Below the pieces are notes generated by a model. The model was not told where the DNA came from. It saw nothing but the letters and a program-made list of their open reading frames with translations, and did no database searches. A stretch of 61,948 nt of DNA, the filler included, from Dimargaris cristalligena (Eukaryota), in NCBI GenBank assembly GCA_003614675.1. It is 2 parts of 2 records of this genome, joined end to end, with 100 filler letters (N's around TTAATTAATTAA, not from the genome) between each part and the next. Parts side by side here need not be neighbours in the genome. Positions count along the whole stretch, not along the records: positions 31,037 to 61,948 come from ML002449.1; 1 more part is not named here. One strand, written 5' to 3'. This document shows, in pieces, positions 57,998-61,948 of the stretch (its first letter is position 1; each line of letters begins with the position of its first letter). Both the position numbers and the translations under genes were made by a program.

Positions 57998-60802
57998 CTA
58001 GATGAGCTCCCGTGCTTTTTTAAGGAACTTGGGCATTTTCTGTTTGCTCTTATCTACAATGTCGCTGGGCTTGAATTCATGGGGGGCCACCTCAATCAAC
58101 CACTCCGGGTTAATTTCCATCACCACCCGCACGAATTTCTCTGACGTCATGACGAGCTCATAATACATAACCCAGGGCGGCTTCGCCTCCCGTAGCGAAC
58201 TCGACGGATGGACCAGCACCGTTTCCTTCCGCTTCGCCAATTTATACGAATCCTCCCCCCGCTGCCGCTGGGCCACATTGCTAAAGTATCCGGCCAACAT
58301 GGCCTTGGCGACCCCCGATGTATCCGCAGGGTTCGGGTTGCTCTCCAGGGGCACCTCAATTCGTTCGAGCAGCCGGACGATTTGTTCCCGAATATCGGTG
58401 GCGCGCAACAAGGACCGCCGCTGGAGGTAGTTTTCGCGGCACCACGATTCCGAGTACTCCAGTTGCACCCACTGTTCCCAAATGTGCAACAGAGTGAAAT
58501 GGTCCCCGCCGGGCTGGACCAGATTCTGGTGCGCCTTTTCGGCGTTGAGTTTTTCGGCTTTAGGTCGGTAGTACAGGGCGCTTTGGACATCCAAAAGGGC
58601 GCACAGGGTGGCGATTTCATCGGAGCAGTGGTACTTGGCGGAGGCCAAGAGTGCTTTGGCCATTTTGGGATCCAGCGGTAATTCAGCCATCCGCCGCCCG
58701 GTTTTGGTCACCTCGCCCTTGGCGTTGAGGGCTCCCAGCATGTACAATTGCCCGATGGCTTTTTGAACGGTCGTCACGGAAGGCGGATCAATGTAGTCAA
58801 ACTCGACTAGGTTATTAATGCCGAGACTCATGAGTTGCAGGGCCACCATGCACAGATTACTGCGTTGGATCTCGGGTATCGTGTGGTCTTCCAATTCGTT
58901 TTCATAGGCCCACAGCGTGTACAGCCGGAAACATTTACCTGGTCCGACACGCCCCGCTCGGCCCGCCCGCTGGTTGGCCGCATTCCGCGAACAGGGGGTA
59001 ACCACTAGTGATTCCATTTCGGTATGGGGGTCAAAAGTCTTCAATTTCTGGAAACCCGGGTCAATCACGTATACGATGCCATCGATAGTGATGGACGTTT
59101 CGGCAATATTGGTGGCCAAAACCACCTTGCGGGCATTCTCTGGGGTAGGGTTGAAAATTTGCGCCTGTAGATCGGAGGGCAAGTTAGCGTAAATGGGACA
59201 CACGAGTAGATCCTTGATGCGGCGTCCGAGCGCGACCCGCGCTTGCCGCAAGAGTTCCTGGGCTTGTTCGATTTCACCCTGTCCCGTTAAGAAGACCAAG
59301 ATATCGCCCGTGGGCTGGGACGCGTGGATTTGTAATACCGTAGTGACCGCGGCCTGCAGATAGTTGGCCTCAGGGGCCAGCGTATAGTAAATATCGACGG
59401 GGAACGGCCGACCGGGAATTTTGAAAATGGGGGCATCGTCGAAGTAACTCGAGAATTTCTGGGCGTCCATCGTGGCACTCGCAATGAGTACCCGTAGGTC
59501 CGGGCGGTAACGAGTGATGTCCTTGATTAAGGCAAATAGAATATCGGTGGATAACGTGCGTTCGTGGGCCTCATCAATCATAATACAGCTATACCCGTCC
59601 AGGTCCGGTTCCGTAAGAAACTCCCGTAGCAGCATGCCGTCCGTCATGTACTTAACCACGGTCTTTTCCGAGGTTTTATCCTCGAATCGGATCGAATAGC
59701 CCACTTCACGGCCCAAGTGTACCCTCATTTCCTCAGCCACCCGCGCTGCCACACTCATCGCGGCCACCCGCCGGGGCTGGGTGCACCCGATTTTGCGACC
59801 GTCTTTACTGTACCCGGCTTCGTACAGATACTGGGGGATTTGGGTGGTTTTACCGGAACCGGTCTCACCCTCGATGATTAAGACGGGATGGTCCTCGATG
59901 GCAGCTAAAAGGGCATCCCGGTAGTCATATACGGGCAGCGACTCGCGGACGGCCTGTATCGATTTTTGTTTACGTTCGGCCGCATCCAACAGGGACTGGG
60001 CCTCGCGGTCGGCCTCCGTGGCCGGATCTAAGGTGCTCTCGAGCACGAAATCAATGCCCGTTTCGTCAATGATAAAGTCGTAAGCGTCGGCATCCGGGAT
60101 CGTGCCCTTATCCTGGGGACCCACTTTGACTTTGGTGCGGGCGATTTGCCGGGCCTCCCACTGCTCCAACTCGGATAAGTTTCCCCCTATTCCCTTTTCG
60201 TCCTTGCCGCTGCCACTCACTGATCCCTTGGGCTCCTGGTAACGCTGGTACAACGCTTGCTCCTTCCGTTTCCGGTCGATTTTGCCCTTGGTGGTGAGGT
60301 AGTCTTCGGGCATTACATACCCCTCGACATCCACATTAATGTCTTTGCGTTCCTTAGCGATACGCAGCACCTCTTTCTGGTACTCCAGCTGACGACGCTC
60401 GGTGTCCGTCAAGGCGGACTTGTGAAACAGCATTTCTTCGTCCGCGATTTGGGCCTCGAGGAGTTCTAGCCGAGACTGTTCGCGTTTCTTCAGGTACTCC
60501 TGGCGGGAGCGTTCACGCAGATCTGAAGTAACCTCCTGACGCTGGTGGCTGTCGTGGTGAATGCTTCGGGAGGTACGGGAAGAGGAACCGGATCCTTCGG
60601 GCCGACTTGAACTTGGCCCAAGGGAGGACCGCCGTGACCGGTCATGTTCGCGATCTCTATCTCGTACACGAAGGCGTTGGGCGAATGCATCCCGTTCTTC
60701 GGCATCCAGGGCATCGTCCCCTTGGTCATTGACGAGATGACAGGGAACCACGTCTTTCCGCCGGCCTTTATCCCGCGGGCTCTTTTCGTCACGGGTGCCC
60801 AT
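57998..60802 (-). CDS. PRP2: DEAH-box pre-mRNA splicing helicase Prp2/Cdc28 (DHX16)
   Basis: GETGSGKTTQIPQYL, DEAHER, SAT, QRAGRAGR. N-terminal RERSRQEYLKKRE and YVMPEDY blocks characteristic of Cdc28/DHX16. Confidence 0.93.
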   Translation of the reverse strand: MGTRDEKSPRDKGRRKDVVPCHLVNDQGDDALDAEERDAFAQRLRVRDRDREHDRSRRSSLGPSSSRPEGSGSSSRTSRSIHHDSHQRQEVTSDLRERSRQEYLKKREQSRLELLEAQIADEEMLFHKSALTDTERRQLEYQKEVLRIAKERKDINVDVEGYVMPEDYLTTKGKIDRKRKEQALYQRYQEPKGSVSGSGKDEKGIGGNLSELEQWEARQIARTKVKVGPQDKGTIPDADAYDFIIDETGIDFVLESTLDPATEADREAQSLLDAAERKQKSIQAVRESLPVYDYRDALLAAIEDHPVLIIEGETGSGKTTQIPQYLYEAGYSKDGRKIGCTQPRRVAAMSVAARVAEEMRVHLGREVGYSIRFEDKTSEKTVVKYMTDGMLLREFLTEPDLDGYSCIMIDEAHERTLSTDILFALIKDITRYRPDLRVLIASATMDAQKFSSYFDDAPIFKIPGRPFPVDIYYTLAPEANYLQAAVTTVLQIHASQPTGDILVFLTGQGEIEQAQELLRQARVALGRRIKDLLVCPIYANLPSDLQAQIFNPTPENARKVVLATNIAETSITIDGIVYVIDPGFQKLKTFDPHTEMESLVVTPCSRNAANQRAGRAGRVGPGKCFRLYTLWAYENELEDHTIPEIQRSNLCMVALQLMSLGINNLVEFDYIDPPSVTTVQKAIGQLYMLGALNAKGEVTKTGRRMAELPLDPKMAKALLASAKYHCSDEIATLCALLDVQSALYYRPKAEKLNAEKAHQNLVQPGGDHFTLLHIWEQWVQLEYSESWCRENYLQRRSLLRATDIREQIVRLLERIEVPLESNPNPADTSGVAKAMLAGYFSNVAQRQRGEDSYKLAKRKETVLVHPSSSLREAKPPWVMYYELVMTSEKFVRVVMEINPEWLIEVAPHEFKPSDIVDKSKQKMPKFLKKARELI

Positions 60803-61044
60803 GGTGGGGAAATAAATGAGACAATGCCAAACAAGGAAAGATAGTGTACACTAACGATACAAATGGGCTGCAGTAAAGACTGACGATTTGTTATGTAAGA
60901 AATGAGAACAAAAGAAGCTTAGGAAATGTAAGCCATAGGTTCAAAGAAAGAAGGGGAAGAACTAGACTACAAAACCACATGCTACAGTAGTGAGGTGAAT
61001 GTGAGTGAAATTAGAATGAAGAATTAAACCATTGTAAAGGTTAG

Positions 61045-61189
61045 ATATGGGAGAAGTTCATCCAAGCTGTATAATGAAAAATTCATTAGATTCGGCCAAT
61101 ATTACTAGTTAAAAATACATTTCCCATATATTTTCCCATACACGTATAATGTAAACCCTTATATAGCTGGGCCGAATTTCACCCATATG
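61045..61189 (-). mobile_element. MITE-like element, copy 4 (145 bp, reverse orientation)
   Basis: ATATGGGAGAAGTTCATCCAAGCTGTATAA...TTATATAGCTGGGCCGAATTTCACCCATATG; about 240 bp upstream of the PRP2 start. Confidence 0.8.
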
Positions 61190-61380
61190 TTGGAAATTTA
61201 TTTCTCCCGCCCCTCCGAATCCTTTACTCTGATTGGTCCGTCCTAATACCCGGGACTATTCTCTATCTATGATTGTATCATACTATACTTGGAACAGCGT
61301 TTTTATCATCATTACTGCTATTTCCAATATAATAAAACCAACCACGGGTATCTAGCTTTACCCCTTGCGTTTCTTTCTCT

Positions 61381-61948
61381 CTTCTTTAAATCTTTATAGT
61401 TATAATTAAAGGTGTTACCCAGGTTAACTACTCTTAGTCCATCAGGAGTCCTGAGGATAGGCTTTTAACAGTAGACAAGGCTTTGGGCTTAGCTAAGTGG
61501 GTCCTAGCATTAGGTAGGGGTACAGTACTAACTAATAAAGGCTATAAGTATATGTATAGGTAAGGGATATGCAGTGAGCATACTTACTAGTCAATACAAG
61601 GGGGGTAAATGTAAATAGAGTTTATTGAGGTAACCTAGGGGGTAAGAATAAGCTGAGTAATCTAACCAGGCCCCATTGCGAGTGGTTTTATATATACAGG
61701 GGCAACTCTAGAGGGAGGCCCTGGGGAGAGGATACTACTAAGACTAAGATATGGTGAAATAGGCTAAATGGACAGCTGTTAGGATCTGGAAGACTCTAAT
61801 GGTAACTGGAAGAGTCATCAGATTAGCTCTTGAGTATAAAGAACTGAACTCAAATCCTTGAAAACTGAACTTTATTCAAAAAGATAGGTGATAAAAAGGG
61901 AAAGGTGATGATAGACTTGCTGTTCCAAGAGGTGGCAGCAAGGGGGAG
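61381..61948. other. CpG-depleted degenerate sequence (probable decayed transposon or pseudogene, runs off the window)
   Basis: Only one CG dinucleotide (61679-61680) counted in ~570 bp. No ORF of 60 aa or more. Relic minus-strand gtaagt..tag intron-like segment at 61587-61542. Confidence 0.45.

Noticed and set aside
1-61948. tRNA, rRNA or selenocysteine-recoding signals
   Set aside because: No convincing cloverleaf, rRNA segment or in-frame TGA in a conserved gene found by eye; tRNAscan-SE/Infernal would be needed to exclude them.

Overview
Eukaryotic, fungal-type genomic DNA: GT-AG introns, GC-rich exons, AT/CT-rich intergenic DNA, roughly one gene per 4 kb. Gene style and lineage-specific secreted proteins suggest an early-diverging fungus (Zoopagomycota such as Dimargaris is only a guess). 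An artificial N44-TTAATTAATTAA-N44 spacer at 30937-31036 joins two contigs, so adjacency across it is unproven. Left part: a spliced RasGEF whose reconstructed N-terminus looks like a degenerate Ras-like G-domain, TRAPPII subunit Trs65, cysteine synthase with two candidate first exons, cytochrome c heme lyase, an F-box/LRR gene, a nucleophile-less alpha/beta hydrolase and a 77-aa orphan. Right part: the 3' end of a tandem-repeat peptide precursor with RR sites (Kex2-processed repeat protein-like), a Git3/cAMP-receptor-like 7TM GPCR, a DUF4112 protein, two secreted orphans, CLPTM1, an Oca6-like pseudophosphatase, Sec7 and Prp2/Cdc28. Four copies of a ~135-145 bp MITE-like element are dispersed across the window. 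Two genes are frameshifted exactly at C/G homopolymers, and the last ~570 bp are almost CpG-free. The best leads are the pseudo-Ras::RasGEF fusion and the repeat peptide precursor next to an orphan GPCR. All family calls come from motif recognition by eye; no database search was run.
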